Shown: piece after piece, positions 1 through 14,700 of the stretch
Layout: each line of letters begins with the position of its first letter
Numbering within the stretch: the first letter of the stretch is position 1
Assembly: GCF_964355755.1 (NCBI RefSeq)
Contig: NC_092679.1
Location: 9,454,201-9,518,200, forward strand
Length of the DNA stretch: 64,000 bases
Reading direction: 5' to 3'
DNA from: Antedon mediterranea
Lineage: Eukaryota > Animalia > Echinodermata
Position numbers and translations under genes: made by a program
The notes under the pieces: model-generated
Seen by the model: the letters and a program-made list of their open reading frames with translations, nothing else
What the model was told of the DNA's origin: nothing
The model's database searches: none

Positions 1-1320
1 GTTTTTTCGAAAATCACAAAATGGTCTAAAATGTCTCCAAATGCGATTTGAAGCTATTCTAAGCACTTTGGTGTTTTTATGGAAACAATTTTTTTCGAAA
101 ATCACAAAATGGTCTAAAACGTCTCCAAATGTGATTTGAAGCTATTCTGTACACTTTGATGTTTTTATGTTAGCAAGTTTTTTCGAAAATCACAAAATGG
201 TCTAAAACGTCTACAAATGCGATTTGAAGCTAATCTGTACACTTTGATGTTTTTATGTTAACAAGTTTTTTCGAAAATCACAAAAGGGTCTAAAATGTCT
301 GTAAATGCGATTTGAAGCTATTTAAAGCACTTTGGTGTTTTTAGGTTAACAAGTTTTTTCGAAAATCACAAAATGGTCTAAAACGTCTACAAATGCGATT
401 TGAAGCTATTCTAAGCACTTTTGTGTTTTTATGTTAACAAGTTTTTTCGAAAATCACAAAATGGTCTAAAATGTCTCCAAATGCGATTTGAAGCTATTCT
501 AAGCACTTTGGTGTTTTTATGGAAACAATTTTTTTCGAAAATCACAAAATGGTCTAAAACGTCTCCAAATGTGATTTGAAGCTATTCTGTACACTTTGAT
601 GTTTTTATGTTAGCAAGTTTTTTCGAAAATCACAAAATGGTCTAAAACGTCTACAAATGCGATTTGAAGCTAATCTGTACACTTTGATGTTTTTATGTTA
701 ACAAGTTTTTTCGAAAATCACAAAAGGGTCTAAAATGTCTGTAAATGCGATTTGAAGCTATTTAAAGCACTTTGGTGTTTTTAGGTTAACAAGTTTTTTC
801 GAAAATCACAAAATGGTCTAAAACGTCTACAAATGCGATTTGAAGCTATTCTAAGCACTTTTGTGTTTTTATGTTAACAAGTTTTTTCGAAAATCACAAA
901 ATGGTCTAAAATGTCTCCAAATGCGATTTGAAGCTATTCTAAGCACTTTGGTGTTTTTATGGAAACAATTTTTTTCGAAAATCACAAAATGGTCTAAAAC
1001 GTCTCCAAATGTGATTTGAAGCTATTCTGTACACTTTGATGTTTTTATGTTAGCAAGTTTTTTCGAAAATCACAAAATGGTCTAAAACGTCTACAAATGC
1101 GATTTGAAGCTAATCTGTACACTTTGATGTTTTTATGTTAACAAGTTTTTTCGAAAATCACAAAAGGGTCTAAAATGTCTGTAAATGCGATTTGAAGCTA
1201 TTTAAAGCACTTTGGTGTTTTTAGATTAACAAGTTTTTTCGAAAATCACAAAATGGTCTAAAACGTCTACAAATGCGATTTGAAGCTATTCTAAGCACTT
1301 TTGTGTTTTTATGTTAACAA
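1..1320. repeat. Three copies of a 440-bp 5-monomer higher-order repeat
   Basis: Variant order (ATGGAAAC; GTGA/TTAGC; GCTAAT; AAGGG/CTGTAAA/TTTAAAGC; TTTTGTG) repeats with period 440. One visible difference near 1225 (TTAGATT vs TTAGGTT). Confidence 0.93.
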
Positions 1321-2615
1321 GTTTTTTCGAAAATCACAAAATGGTCTAAAACGTCTCCAAATGCGATTTGAAGCTATTTTAAGCACTTTGGTGTTTTTAT
1401 GTTACCAAGTTTTTTCGAAAATCACAAAATGGTCTAAAATGTCTCTAATAGCGATTTTAAGCTATTCTGTACACTTTGATGTTTTTATGTTAACAAGTTT
1501 TTTCGAAAATCACAAAATGGTCTAAAACGTTTCCAAATGCGATTTGAAGCTTTTCTTTACACTTTGGTGTTTTTATGTTAACAAGTTTTTTCGAAAATCA
1601 CAAAATGGTCTAAAACGTCTCCAAATGCGATTTGAAGCTATTCTGTACACTTTGATGTTTTTATGTTAACAAGTTTTTTCGAAGATCACAAAATGGTCTA
1701 AAACGTCTACAAATGCAATTTGAAGCTATTCTAAGCACTTTTGTGTTTTTATGTTAACAAGTTTTTTCGAAAATCACAAAATGGTCTAAAACGTCTGCAA
1801 ATGCGATTTTAAACTATTCTTAGCACATTGGTGTTTTTATTTAAACAAATTTTTTCGAAACTCACAAAATGGTCTAAAACGTCTCCAAATGCGATTTGAA
1901 GCTATTTTAAGCACTTTGGTGTTTTTGTGTTAACAAGTTTTTCGAAATGCTCAAAATGGTCTAAAACGTTTTTAAACACGATATTAAGCTATTTTGTGCT
2001 CTTTGGTGTTTTTTTGTGAAAAGTTTTAGCAAAATGCTCAAAATGGTCTAAAACGATTTCTAATGTGATTTTAAGCACTTTGATGTTTTTATGTTAACTA
2101 GTTTTTTCGAAAATCACAAAATGGTCTAAAACGTCTCCAAATGCGATTTGAAGCTATTTTAAGCACTTAGGTGCTTTTGTGTAACCAAGTTTTTTAGAAA
2201 ATCACAAAAGGGTCTAAAATGTCTCCAAATGTGATTTGAAGCTATTTTAAGCACTTTGGTGTTTTTGTGTTAACAAGTTTTTCGGAAATCACAAAATTGT
2301 CTAAAACGTCTCCAAATGCGATTTGAAGCTATTCTGTACACTTTGATGTTTTTATGTTAACAAGTTTTTTAGAAAATCACAAAATGGTCTAAAACATCTC
2401 CAAATGCGATTTAAAGCTATTTTAAGCACTTTGGTGTTTTTATGTTAACAAGTTTTTTCGAAAATCACAAAATGGTCTAAAACGTCTCCAAATGCGATTT
2501 GAAGCTATTTTAAGCACTTGGGTGTTTTTGTGTTAACAAGTTTTTCGAAATGCTCAAAATGGTCTAAAACGTTTCCAAATGCGATTTGAAGCTATTCTGT
2601 ACACTTTGATGTTTT

Positions 2616-2790
2616 GTGTGAAAATTTTCTGTCGAAATGCTCAAAATGGTCAAAAACGTTTTTAAATACGATATTAAGCTACTTTGTGCTCTTTGATGTT
2701 TTTGTGTGAAATGTTTTATCGAAATGCTCAAAATGGTCTAAAACGGTTTCTAATGTGATTTCAAGCACTTTGATGTTTTTGTGTAACCAA
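2616..2790. repeat. Example of divergent monomer cassette A (ATGCTCAAAA-type monomers including a 10-bp-shorter monomer), recurring dozens of times
   Basis: GTGTGAAAATTTTCTGTCGAAATGCTC...TACGATATTAAGCTACTTTGTGCTC...CGGTTTCTAATGTGATTTCAAGCAC seen at ~2.6, 4.1, 5.1, 7.3, 8.9, 9.3 kb and onward to ~62 kb. Confidence 0.9.
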
Positions 2791-5700
2791 GTTTTTCGAA
2801 AATCACAAAATTGTCTAAAACGTCTCCAAATGCGATTTGAAGCTATTCTGTACTCTTTGATGTTTTTATGTTAACAAGTTTTTCGAAAATCACAAAATGG
2901 TCTAAAACGTCTCCAAATGCGATTTTAAGCTATTCTAAGCACTTTGGTGTTTTTATGTTAACAAGTTTTTTTGAAATCACAAAATGGTCTAAAACGTCTC
3001 TAAATGAGATTTGAAGCTTTTCTGTACATTTTGATGTTTTTATGTTAACAAGTTTTTTCGAAAATCACAAAATGGTCTAAAATGTCTCCAAATGCGATTT
3101 GAAGCTATTCTAAGCACTTTGGTGTTTTTATGGAAACAATTTTTTTCGAAAATCACAAAATGGTCTAAAACGTCTCCAAATGTGATTTGAAGCTATTCTG
3201 TACACTTTGATGTTTTTATGTTAACAAGTTTTTCGAAAATCACAAAATGGTCTAAAACGTCTCCAAATGCGATTTTAAGCTATTCTAAGCACTTTGGTGT
3301 TTTTATGTTAACAAGTTTTTTTGAAAATCACAAAATGGTCTAAAACGTCTCTAAATGCGATTTGAAGCTATTTTAAGAACTTTGGTGTTTTTATCTTAAC
3401 AAGTTTTTTCGAAAATCACAAAATGGTCTAAAACGTCTCCAAATGCGATTTGAAGCTATTCTAAGCACTTTTGTGTTTTTATGTTAACAAGTTTTTTCGA
3501 AAATCACAATATGGTCTAAAACGTCTGCAAATGCGATTTGAAGCTATTCTAAGCACTTTGGTGTTTTTATGTTAACAATTTTTTTCGAAAATCACAAAAT
3601 GGTCTAAAACGTCTCCAAATGTGATTTGAAGCTATTCTGTACACTTTGATGTTTTTATGTTAGCAAGTTTTTTCGAAAATCACAAAATGGTCTAAAACGT
3701 CTACAAATGCGATTTGAAGCTAATCTGTACACTTTGATGTTTTTATGTTAACAAGTTTTTTCGAAAATCACAAAAGGGTCTAAAATGTCTGTAAATGCGA
3801 TTTGAAGCTATTTAAAGCACTTTGGTGTTTTTAGATTAACAAGTTTTTTCGAAAATCACAAAATGGTCTAAAACGTCTACAAATGCGATTTGAAGCTATT
3901 CTAAGCACTTTTGTGTTTTTATGTTAACAAGTTTTTTCGAAAATCACAAAATGGTCTAAAACGTCTCCAAATGCGATTTGAAGCTATTTTAAGCACTTTG
4001 GTGTTTTTGTGTTAACAAGTTTTTCGAAAATCACAAAATGGTCTAAAACGTTTCCAAATGCGATTTGAAGCTATTCTGTACACTTTGATGTTTTGTGTGA
4101 AAATTTTCTTTCGAAATGCTCAAAATGGTCAAAAACGTTTTTAAATACGATATTAAGCTACTTTGTGCTCTTTGATGTTTTTGTGTGAAATGTTTTATCG
4201 AAATGCTCAAAATGGTCTAAAACGGTTTCTAATGTGATTTCAAGCACTTTGATGTTTTTGTGTAACCAAGTTTTTCGAAAATCACAAAATTGTCTAAAAC
4301 GTCTCCAAATGCGATTTGAAGCTATTCTGTACACTTTGATGTTTTTATGTTAACAAGTTTTTCGAAAATCACAAAATGGTCTAAAACGTCTCCAAATGCG
4401 ATTTGAAGCTATTCTGTACACTTTGATGTTTTTATGTTAACAAGTTTTTCGAAAATCACAAAATGGTCTAAAACGTCTCTAAATGTGATTTGAAGCTTTT
4501 CTGTACACTTTAATGTTTTTATGTTAACAACTTTTTTCGAAAATCACAAAATGGTCTAAAATGTCTCCAAATGCGATTTGAAGCTATTCTAAGCACTTTG
4601 ATGTTTTTATGTTAACAAGTTTTTTCGAAAATCACAAAATGGTCTAAAACGTCTCCAATAGCGATTTTAAGCTATTCTGTACACTTTGATGTTTTTATGT
4701 TAACAAGTTTTTCGAAAATCACAAAATGGTCTAAAACGTCTCCAAATGCGATTTTAAGCTATTCTAAGCACTTTGGTGTTTTTATGTTAACAAGTTTTTT
4801 TGAAAATCACAAAATGGTCTAAAACGTCTCTAAATGCGATTTGAAGCTTTTCTGTACACTTTGATGTTTTTATGTTAACAACTTTTTTCGAAAATCACAA
4901 AATGGTCTAAAATGTCTCCAAATGCGATTTGAAGCTATTCTAAGCACTTTTGTGTTTTTATGTTAACAAGTTTTTTCGAAAATCACAAAATGGTCTAAAA
5001 CGTCTCCAAATGCGATTTGAAGCTATTTTAAGCACTTTGGTGTTTTTGTGTTAACAAGTTTTTCGAAAATCACAAAATGGTCTAAAACGTTTCCAAATGC
5101 GATTTGAAGCTATTCTGTACACTTTGATGTTTTGTGTGAAAATTTTCTTTCGAAATGCTCAAAATGGTCAAAAACGTTTTTAAATACGATATTAAGCTAC
5201 TTTGTGCTCTTTGATGTTTTTGTGTGAAATGTTTTATCGAAATGCTCAAAATGGTCTAAAACGGTTTCTAATGTGATTTCAAGCACTTTGATGTTTTTGT
5301 GTAACCAAGTTTTTCGAAAATCACAAAATTGTCTAAAACGTCTCCAAATGCGATTTGAAGCTATTCTGTACACTTTGATGTTTTTATGTTAACAAGTTTT
5401 TCGAAAATCACAAAATGGTCTAAAACGTCTCCAAATGCGATTTGAAGCTATTCTGTAAACTTTGATGTTTTTATGTTAACAAGTTTTTCGAAAATCACAA
5501 AATGGTCTAAAACGTCTCTAAATGCGATTTGAAGCTTTTCTGTACACTTTGATGTTTTTATGTTAACAACTTTTTTCGAAAATCACAAAATGGTCTAAAA
5601 TGTCTCCAAATGCGATTTGAAGCTATTCTAAGCACTTTGATGTTTTTATGTTACCAAGTTTTTTCGAAAATCACAAAATGGTCTAAAACGTCTCCAATAG

Positions 5701-8700
5701 CGATTTTAAGCTATTCTGTACACTTTGATGTTTTTATGTTAACAAGTTTTTCGAAAATCACAAAATGGTCTAAAACGTCTCCAAATGCGATTTTAAGCTA
5801 TTCTAAGCACTTTGGTGTTTTTATGTTAACAAGTTTTTTTGAAAATCACAAAATGGTCTAAAACGTCTCTAAATGCGATTTGAAGCTTTTCTGTACACTT
5901 TGATGTTTTTATGTTAACAACTTTTTTCGAAAATCACAAAATGGTCTAAAATGTCTCCAAATGCGATTTGAAGCTATTCTAAGCACTTTGGTGTTTTTAT
6001 GGAAACAATTTTTTTCGAAAATCACAAAATGGTCTAAAACGTCTCCAATAGCGATTTGAAGCTTTTCTGTACACTTTGGTGTTTTTATGTTAACAAGTTT
6101 TTTCGAAAATCACAAAATGGTCTAAAACGTCTCCAAATGCGATTTGAAGCTAATCTGTACACTTTGATGTTTTTATGTTAACAAGTTTTTTCGAAAATCA
6201 CAAAATGGTCTAAAACGTTTCCAAATGCGATTTGAAGCTTTTCTTTACACTTTGGTGTTTTTATGTTAACAAGTTTTTTCGAAAATCACAAAATGGTCTA
6301 AAACGTCTCCAAATGCGATTTGAAGCTATTCTGTACACTTTGATGTTTTTATGTTAACAAGTTTTTTCGAAGATCACAAAATGGTCTAAAACGTCTACAA
6401 ATGCAATTTGAAGCTATTCTAAGCACTTTTGTGTTTTTATGTTAACAAGTTTTTTCGAAAATCACAAAATGGTCTAAAACGTCTGCAAATGCGATTTTAA
6501 ACTATTCTTAGCACATGGGTGTTTTTATTTAAACAAATTTTTTCGAAACTCACAAAATGGTCTAAAACGTCTCCAAATGCGATTTGAAGCTATTTTAAGC
6601 ACTTTGGTGTTTTTGTGTTAACAAGTTTTTCGAAATGCTCAAAATGGTCTAAAACGTTTTTAAACACGATATTAAGCTATTTTGTGCTCTTTGGTGTTTT
6701 TATGTGAAAAGTTTTAGCAAAATGCTCAAAATGGTCTAAAACGATTTCTAATGTGATTTTAAGCACTTTGATGTTTTTATGTTAACTAGTTTTTTCGAAA
6801 ATCACAAAATGGTCTAAAACGTCTCCAAATGCGATTTGAAGCTATTTTAAGCACTTAAGTGCTTTTGTGTAACCAAGTTTTTTTGAAAATCACAAAAGGG
6901 TGTAAAATGTCTCCAAATGTGATTTGAAGCTATTTTAAGCACTTTGGTGTTTTTGTGTTAACAAGTTTTTCGGAAATCACCAAATTGTCTAAAACGTCTC
7001 CAAATGCGATTTGAAGCTATTCTGTACACTTTGATGTTTTTATGTTAACAAGTTTTTTAGAAAATCACAAAATGGTCTAAAACATCTCCAAATGCGATTT
7101 AAAGCTATTTTAAGCACTTTGGTGTTTTTATGTTAACAAGTTTTTTCGAAAATCACAAAATGGTCTAAAACGTCTCCAAATGCGATTTGAAGCTATTTTA
7201 AGCACTTTGGTGTTTTTGTGTTAACAAGTTTTTCGAAATGCTCAAAATGGTCTAAAACGTTTCCAAATGCGATTTGAAGCTATTCTGTACACTTTGATGT
7301 TTTGTGTGAAAATTTTCTGTCGAAATGCTCAAAATGGTCAAAAACGTTTTTAAATACGATATTAAGCTACTTTGTGCTCTTTGATGTTTTTGTGTGAAAT
7401 GTTTTATCGAAATGCTCAAAATGGTCTAAAACGGTTTCTAATGTGATTTCAAGCACTTTGATGTTTTTGTGTAACCAAGTTTTTCGAAAATCACAAAATT
7501 GTCTAAAACGTCTCCAAATGCGATTTGAAGCTATTCTGTACTCTTTGATGTTTTTATGTTAACAAGTTTTTCGAAAATCACAAAATGGTCTAAAACGTCT
7601 CCAAATGCGATTTTAAGCTATTCTAAGCACTTTGGTGTTTTTATGTTAACAAGTTTTTTTGAAATCACAAAATGGTCTAAAACGTCTCTAAATGAGATTT
7701 GAAGCTTTTCTGTACATTTTGATGTTTTTATGTTAACAAGTTTTTTCGAAAATCACAAAATGGTCTAAAATGTCTCCAAATGCGATTTGAAGCTATTCTA
7801 AGCACTTTGGTGTTTTTATGGAAACAATTTTTTTCGAAAATCACAAAATGGTCTAAAACGTCTCCAAATGTGATTTGAAGCTATTCTGTACACTTTGATG
7901 TTTTTATGTTAGCAAGTTTTTTCGAAAATCACAAAATGGTCTAAAACGTCTACAAATGCGATTTGAAGCTAATCTGTACACTTTGATGTTTTTATGTTAA
8001 CAAGTTTTTTCGAAAATCACAAAAGGGTCTAAAATGTCTGTAAATGCTATTTGAAGCTATTTAAAGCACTTTGGTGTTTTTAGGTTAACAAGTTTTTTCG
8101 AAAATCACAAAAGGGTCTAAAATGTCTGTAAATGCGATTTGAAGCTATTTAAAGCACTTTGGTGTTTTTAGGTTAACAAGTTTTTTCGAAAATCACAAAA
8201 TGGTCTAAAACGTCTACAAATGCGATTTGAAGCTATTCTAAGCACTTTTGTGTTTTTATGTTAACAAGTTTTTTCGAAAATCACAAAATGGTCTAAAATG
8301 TCTCCAAATGCGATTTGAAGCTATTCTAAGCACTTTGGTGTTTTTATGGAAACAATTTTTTTCGAAAATCACAAAATGGTCTAAAACGTCTCCAAATGTG
8401 ATTTGAAGCTATTCTGTACACTTTGATGTTTTTATGTTAGCAAGTTTTTTCGAAAATCACAAAATGGTCTAAAACGTCTACAAATGCGATTTGTAGCTAA
8501 TCTGTACACTTTGATGTTTTTATGTTAACAAGTTTTTTCGAAAATCACAAAAGGGTCTAAAATGTCTGTAAATGCGATTTGAAGCTATTTAAAGCACTTT
8601 GGTGTTTTTAGATTAACAAGTTTTTTCGAAAATCACAAAATGGTCTAAAACGTCTACAAATGCGATTTGAAGCTATTCTAAGCACTTTTGTGTTTTTATG

Positions 8701-11700
8701 TTAACAAGTTTTTTCGAAAATCACAAAATGGTCTAAAACGTCTCCAAATGCGATTTGAAGCTATTTTAAGCACTTTGGTGTTTTTGTGTTAACAAGTTTT
8801 TCGAAAATCACAAAATGGTCTAAAACGTTTCCAAATGCGATTTGAAGCTATTCTGTACACTTTGATGTTTTGTGTGAAAATTTTCTTTCGAAATGCTCAA
8901 AATGGTCAAAAACGTTTTTAAATACGATATTAAGCTACTTTGTGCTCTTTGATGTTTTTGTGTGAAATGTTTTATCGAAATGCTCAAAATGGTCTAAAAC
9001 GGTTTCTAATGTGATTTCAAGCACTTTGATGTTTTGTGTAACCAAGTTTTTCGAAAATCACAAAATTGTCTAAAACGTCTCCAAATGCGATTTGAAGCTA
9101 TTCTGTACACTTTGATGTTTTTATGTTAACAAGTTTTTCGAAAATCACAAAATGGTCTAAAACGTCTCCAAATGCGATTTGAAGCTATTCTGTACACTTT
9201 GATGTTTTTATGTTAACAAGTTTTTCGAAAATCACAAAATGGTCTAAAACGTTTCCAAATGCGATTTGAAGCTATTCTGTACACTTTGATGTTTTGTGTG
9301 AAAATTTTCTTTCGAAATGCTCAAAATGGTCAAAAACGTTTTTAAATACGATATTAAGCTACTTTGTGCTCTTTGATGTTTTTGTGTGAAATGTTTTATC
9401 GAAATGCTCAAAATGGTCTAAAACGGTTTCTAATGTGATTTCAAGCACTTTGATGTTTTTGTGTAACCAAGTTTTTCGAAAATCACAAAATTGTCTAAAA
9501 CGTCTCCAAATGCGATTTGAAGCTATTCTGTACACTTTGATGTTTTTATGTTAACAAGTTTTTCGAAAATCACAAAATGGTCTAAAACGTCTCCAAATGC
9601 GATTTGAAGCTATTCTGTACACTTTGATGTTTTTATGTTAACAAGTTTTTCGAAAATCACAAAATGGTCTAAAACGTCTCTAAATGCGATTTGAAGCTTT
9701 TCTGTACACTTTAATGTTTTTATGTTAACAACTTTTTTCGAAAATCACAAAATGGTCTAAATTTTCTCCAAATGCGATTTGAAGCTATTCTAAGCACTTT
9801 GATGTTTTTATGTTAACAAGTTTTTTCGAAAATCACAAAATGGTCTAAAACGTCTCCAATAGCGATTTTAAGCTATTCTGTACACTTTGATGTTTTTATG
9901 TTAACAAGTTTTTCGAAAATCACAAAATGGTCTAAAACGTCTCCAAATGCGATTTTAAGCTATTCTAAGCACTTTGGTGTTTTTATGTTAACAAGTTTTT
10001 TTGAAAATCACAAAATGGTCTAAAACGTCTCTAAATGCGATTTGAAGCTTTTCTGTACACTTTGATGTTTTTATGTTAACAACTTTTTTCGAAAATCACA
10101 AAATGGTCTAAAATGTCTCCAAATGCGATTTGAAGCTATTCTAAGCACTTTGGTGTTTTTATGGAAACAATTTTTTTCGAAAATCACAAAATGGTCTAAA
10201 ACGTCTCCAATAGCGATTTGAAGCTTTTCTGTACACTTTGGTGTTTTTATGTTAACAAGTTTTTTCGAAAATCACAAAATGGTCTAAAACGTCTCCAAAT
10301 GCGATTTGAAGCTAATCTGTACACTTTGATGTTTTTATGTTAACAAGTTTTTTCGAAAATCACAAAATGGTCTAAAACGTTTCAAAATGCGATTTGAAGC
10401 TTTTCTTTACACTTTGGTGTTTTTATGTTAACAAGTTTTTTCGAAAATCACAAAATGGTCTAAAACGTCTCCAAATGCGATTTGAAGCTATTCTGTACAC
10501 TTTGATGTTTTTATGTTAACAAGTTTTTTCGAAGATCACAAAATGGTCTAAAACGTCTACAAATGCAATTTGAAGCTATTCTAAGCACTTTTGTGTTTTT
10601 ATGTTAACAAGTTTTTTTCGAAAATCACAAAATGGTCTAAAACGTCTGCAAATGCGATTTTAAACTATTCTTAGCACATTGGTGTTTTTATTTAAACAAA
10701 TTTTTTCGAAACTCACAAAATGGTCTAAAACGTCTCCAAATGCGATTTGAAGCTATTTTAAGCACTTTGGTGTTTTTGTGTTAACAAGTTTTTCGAAATG
10801 CTCAAAATGGTCTAAAACGTTTCCAAATGCGATTTGAAGCTATTCTGTACACTTTGATGTTTTGTGTGAAAATTTTCTGTCGAAATGCTCAAAATGGTCA
10901 AAAACGTTTTTAAATACGATATTAAGCTACTTTGTGCTCTTTGATGTTTTTGTGTGAAATGTTTTATCGAAATGCTCAAAATGGTCTAAAACGGTTTCTA
11001 ATGTGATTTCAAGCACTTTGATGTTTTTGTGTAACCAAGTTTTTCGAAAATCACAAAATTGTCTAAAACGTCTCCAAATGCGATTTGAAGCTATTCTGTA
11101 CACTTTGATGTTTTTATGTTAACAAGTTTTTCGAAAATCACAAAATGGTCTAAAACGTCTCCAAATGCGATTTTAAGCTATTCTAAGCACTTTGGTGTTT
11201 TTATGTTAACAAGTTTTTTTGAAAATCACAAAATGGTCTAAAACGTCTCTAAATGCGATTTGAAGCTTTTCTGTACACTTTGGTGTTTTTATGGAAACAA
11301 TTTTTTTCGAAAATCACAAAATGGTCTAAAACGTCTCCAATAGCGATTTGAAGCTTTTCTGTACACTTTGGTGTTTTTATGTTAACAAGTTTTTTCGAAA
11401 ATCACAAAATGGTCTAAAACGTCTCCAAATGCGATTTGAAGCTATTCTGTACACTTTGATGTTTTTATGTTAACAAGTTTTTTCGAAAATCACAAAATGG
11501 TCTAAAACGTCTACAAATGCGATTTGAAGCTATACTGTACACTTTGATGCTTTTATGTTAACAAGTTTTTTCAAAAATCACAAAATGGTCTAAAACGTTT
11601 CCAAATGCGATTTGAAGCTATTCTGTACACTTTGATGTTTTGTGTGAAAATTTTCTGTCGAAATGCTCAAAATGGTCAAAAACGTTTTTAAATACGATAT

Positions 11701-14700
11701 TAAGCTACTTTGTGCTCTTTGATGTTTTTGTGTGAAATGTTTTATCGAAATGCTCAAAATGGTCTAAAACGGTTTCTAATGTGATTTCAAGCACTTTGAT
11801 GTTTTTGTGTAACCAAGTTTTTCGAAAATCACAAAATTGTCTAAAACGTCTCCAAATGCGATTTGAAGCTATTCTGTACACTTTGATGTTTTTATGTTAA
11901 CAAGTTTTTCGAAAATCATAAAATGGTCTAAAACGTCTCCAAATGCGATTTTAAGCTATTCTAAGCACTTTGGTGTTTTTATGTTAACAAGTTTTTTTGA
12001 AAATCACAAAATGGTCTAAAACGTCTCTAAATGCGATTTGAAGCTTTTCTGTACACTTTGATGTTTTTATGTTAACAACTTTTTTCGAAAATCACAAAAT
12101 GGTCTAAAATGTCTCCAAATGCGATTTGAAGCTATTCTAAGCACTTTGATGTTTTTATGTTAACAAGTTTTTTCGAAAATCACAAAATGGTCTAAAACGT
12201 CTCCAATAGCGATTTTAAGCTATTCTGTACACTTTGATGTTTTTATGTTAACAACTTTTTTCGAAAATCACAAAATGGTCTAAAATGTCTCCAAATGCGA
12301 TTTGAAGCTATTCTAAGCACTTTGGTGTTTTTATGGAAACAATTTTTTTCAAAAATCACAAAATGGTCTAAAACGTCTCCAATAGCGATTTGAAGCTTTT
12401 CTTTACACTTTGGTGTTTTTATGTTAACAAGTTTTTTCGAAAATCACAAAATGGTCTAAAACGTCTCCAAATGCGATTTGAAGCTATTCTGTACACTTTG
12501 ATGTTTTTATGTTAACAAGTTTTTTCGAAAATCACAAAATGGTCTAAAACGTCTACAAATGCAATTTGAAGCTATTCTAAGCACTTTTGTGTTTTTATGT
12601 TAACAAGTTTTTTCGAAAATCACAAAATGGTCTAAAACGTCTGCAAATGCGATTTGAAACTATTCTTAGCACATTGGTGTTTTTATTTAAACAAATTTTT
12701 TCGAAACTCACAAAATGGTCTAAAACGTCTCCAAATGCGATTTGAAGCTATTTTAAGCACTTTGGTGTTTTTGTGTTAACAAGTTTTTCGAAATGCTCAA
12801 AATGGTCTAAAACGTTTTTAAACACGATAGATATTAAGCTATTTTGTACTCTTTGATGTTTTTTTGTGAAAAGTTTTAGCAAAACGCTCAAAATGGTCTA
12901 AAACGATTTCTAATGTGATTTTAAGCACTTTGATGTTTTTATGTTAACTAGTTTTTTCGAAAATCACAAAATGGTCTAAAACGTCTCCAAATGCGATTTG
13001 AAGCTATTTTAAGCACTTAGGTGCTTTTGTGTAACCAAGTTTTTTTTGAAAATCACAAAAGGGTCTAAAATGTCTCCAAATGTGATTTGAAGCTATTTTA
13101 AGCACTTTGGTGTTTTTGTGTTAACAAGTTTTTCGAAAATCACAAAATTGTCTAAAACGTCTCCAAATGCGATTTGAAGCTATTCTGTACACTTTGATGT
13201 TTTTATGTTAACAAGTTTTTTAGAAAATCACAAAATGGTCTAAAACATCTCCAAATGCGATTTAAAGCTATTCTGTACACTTTGGTGTTTTTATGTTAAC
13301 AAGTTTTTTCGAAAATCACAAAATGGTCTAAAACATCTCCAAATGCGATTTAAAGCTATTTTAAGCACTTTTGTGTTTTTGTGTAACCAAGTTTTTTCGA
13401 AAATCACAAAAGGGTCTAAAATGTCTGTAAATGCGATTTGAAGCTATTTAAAGCACTTTGGTGTTTTTAGGTTAACAAGTTTTTTCGAAAATCACAAAAT
13501 GGTCTAAAACGTCTACAAATGCGATTTGAAGCTATTCTAAGCACTTTGGTGTTTTTATGTTAACAAGTTTTTTTGAAAATCACAAAATGGTCTAAAACGT
13601 CTCTAAATGCGATTTGAAGCTTTTCTGTACACTTTAATGTTTTTATGTTTAACAACTTTTTTCGAAAATCACAAAATGGTCTAAAATGTCTCCAAATGCG
13701 ATTTGAAGCTATTCTAAGCACTTTGGTGTTTTTATGGAAACAATTTTTTTCGAAAATCACAAAATGGTCTAAAACGTCTCCAATAGCGATTTGAAGCTTT
13801 TCTGTACACTTTGGTGTTTTTATGTTAACAAGTTTTTTCGAAAATCACAAAATGGTCTAAAACGTCTCCAAATGCGATTTGAAGCTAATCTGTACACTTT
13901 GATGTTTTTATGTTAACAAGTTTTTTCGAAAATCACAAAATGGTCTAAAACGTTTCCAAATGCGATTTGAAGCTATTCTGTACACTTTGATGTTTTGTGT
14001 GAAAATTTTCTGTCGAAATGCTCAAAATGGTCAAAAACGTTTTTAAATACGATATTAAGCTACTTTGTGCTCTTTGATGTTTTTGTGTGAAATGTTTTAT
14101 CGAAATGCTCAAAATGGTCTAAAACGGTTTCTAATGTGATTTCAAGCACTTTGATGTTTTTGTGTAACCAAGTTTTTCGAAAATCACAAAATTGTCTAAA
14201 ACGTCTCCAAATGCGATTTGAAGCTATTCTGTACACTTTGATGTTTTTATGTTAACAAGTTTTTTTGAAAATCACAAAATGGTCTAAAACGTCTCCAAAT
14301 GCAATTTTAAGCTTTTCTGTACACTTTAATGTTTTTATGTTTAACAACTTTTTTCGAAAATCACAAAATGGTCTAAAATGTCTCCAAATGCGATTTGAAG
14401 CTATTCTAAGCACTTTGGTGTTTTTATGGAAACAATTTTTTTCGAAAATCACAAAATGGTCTAAAACGTCTCCAATAGCGATTTGAAGCTTTTCTGTACA
14501 CTTTGGTGTTTTTATGTTAACAAGTTTTTTCGAAAATCACAAAATGGTCTAAAACGTCTCCAAATGCGATTTGAAGCTATTCTGTACACTTTGATGTTTT
14601 TATGTTAACAAGTTTTTTCGAAAATCACAAAATGGTCTAAAACGTCTACAAATGCGATTTGAAGCTATTCTGTACACTTTGATGCTTTTATGTTAACAAG

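Noticed and set aside
1-88. CENP-B box in the monomer
   Set aside because: Only TTCG matches; the downstream A..CGGG core of the 17-bp box is absent.
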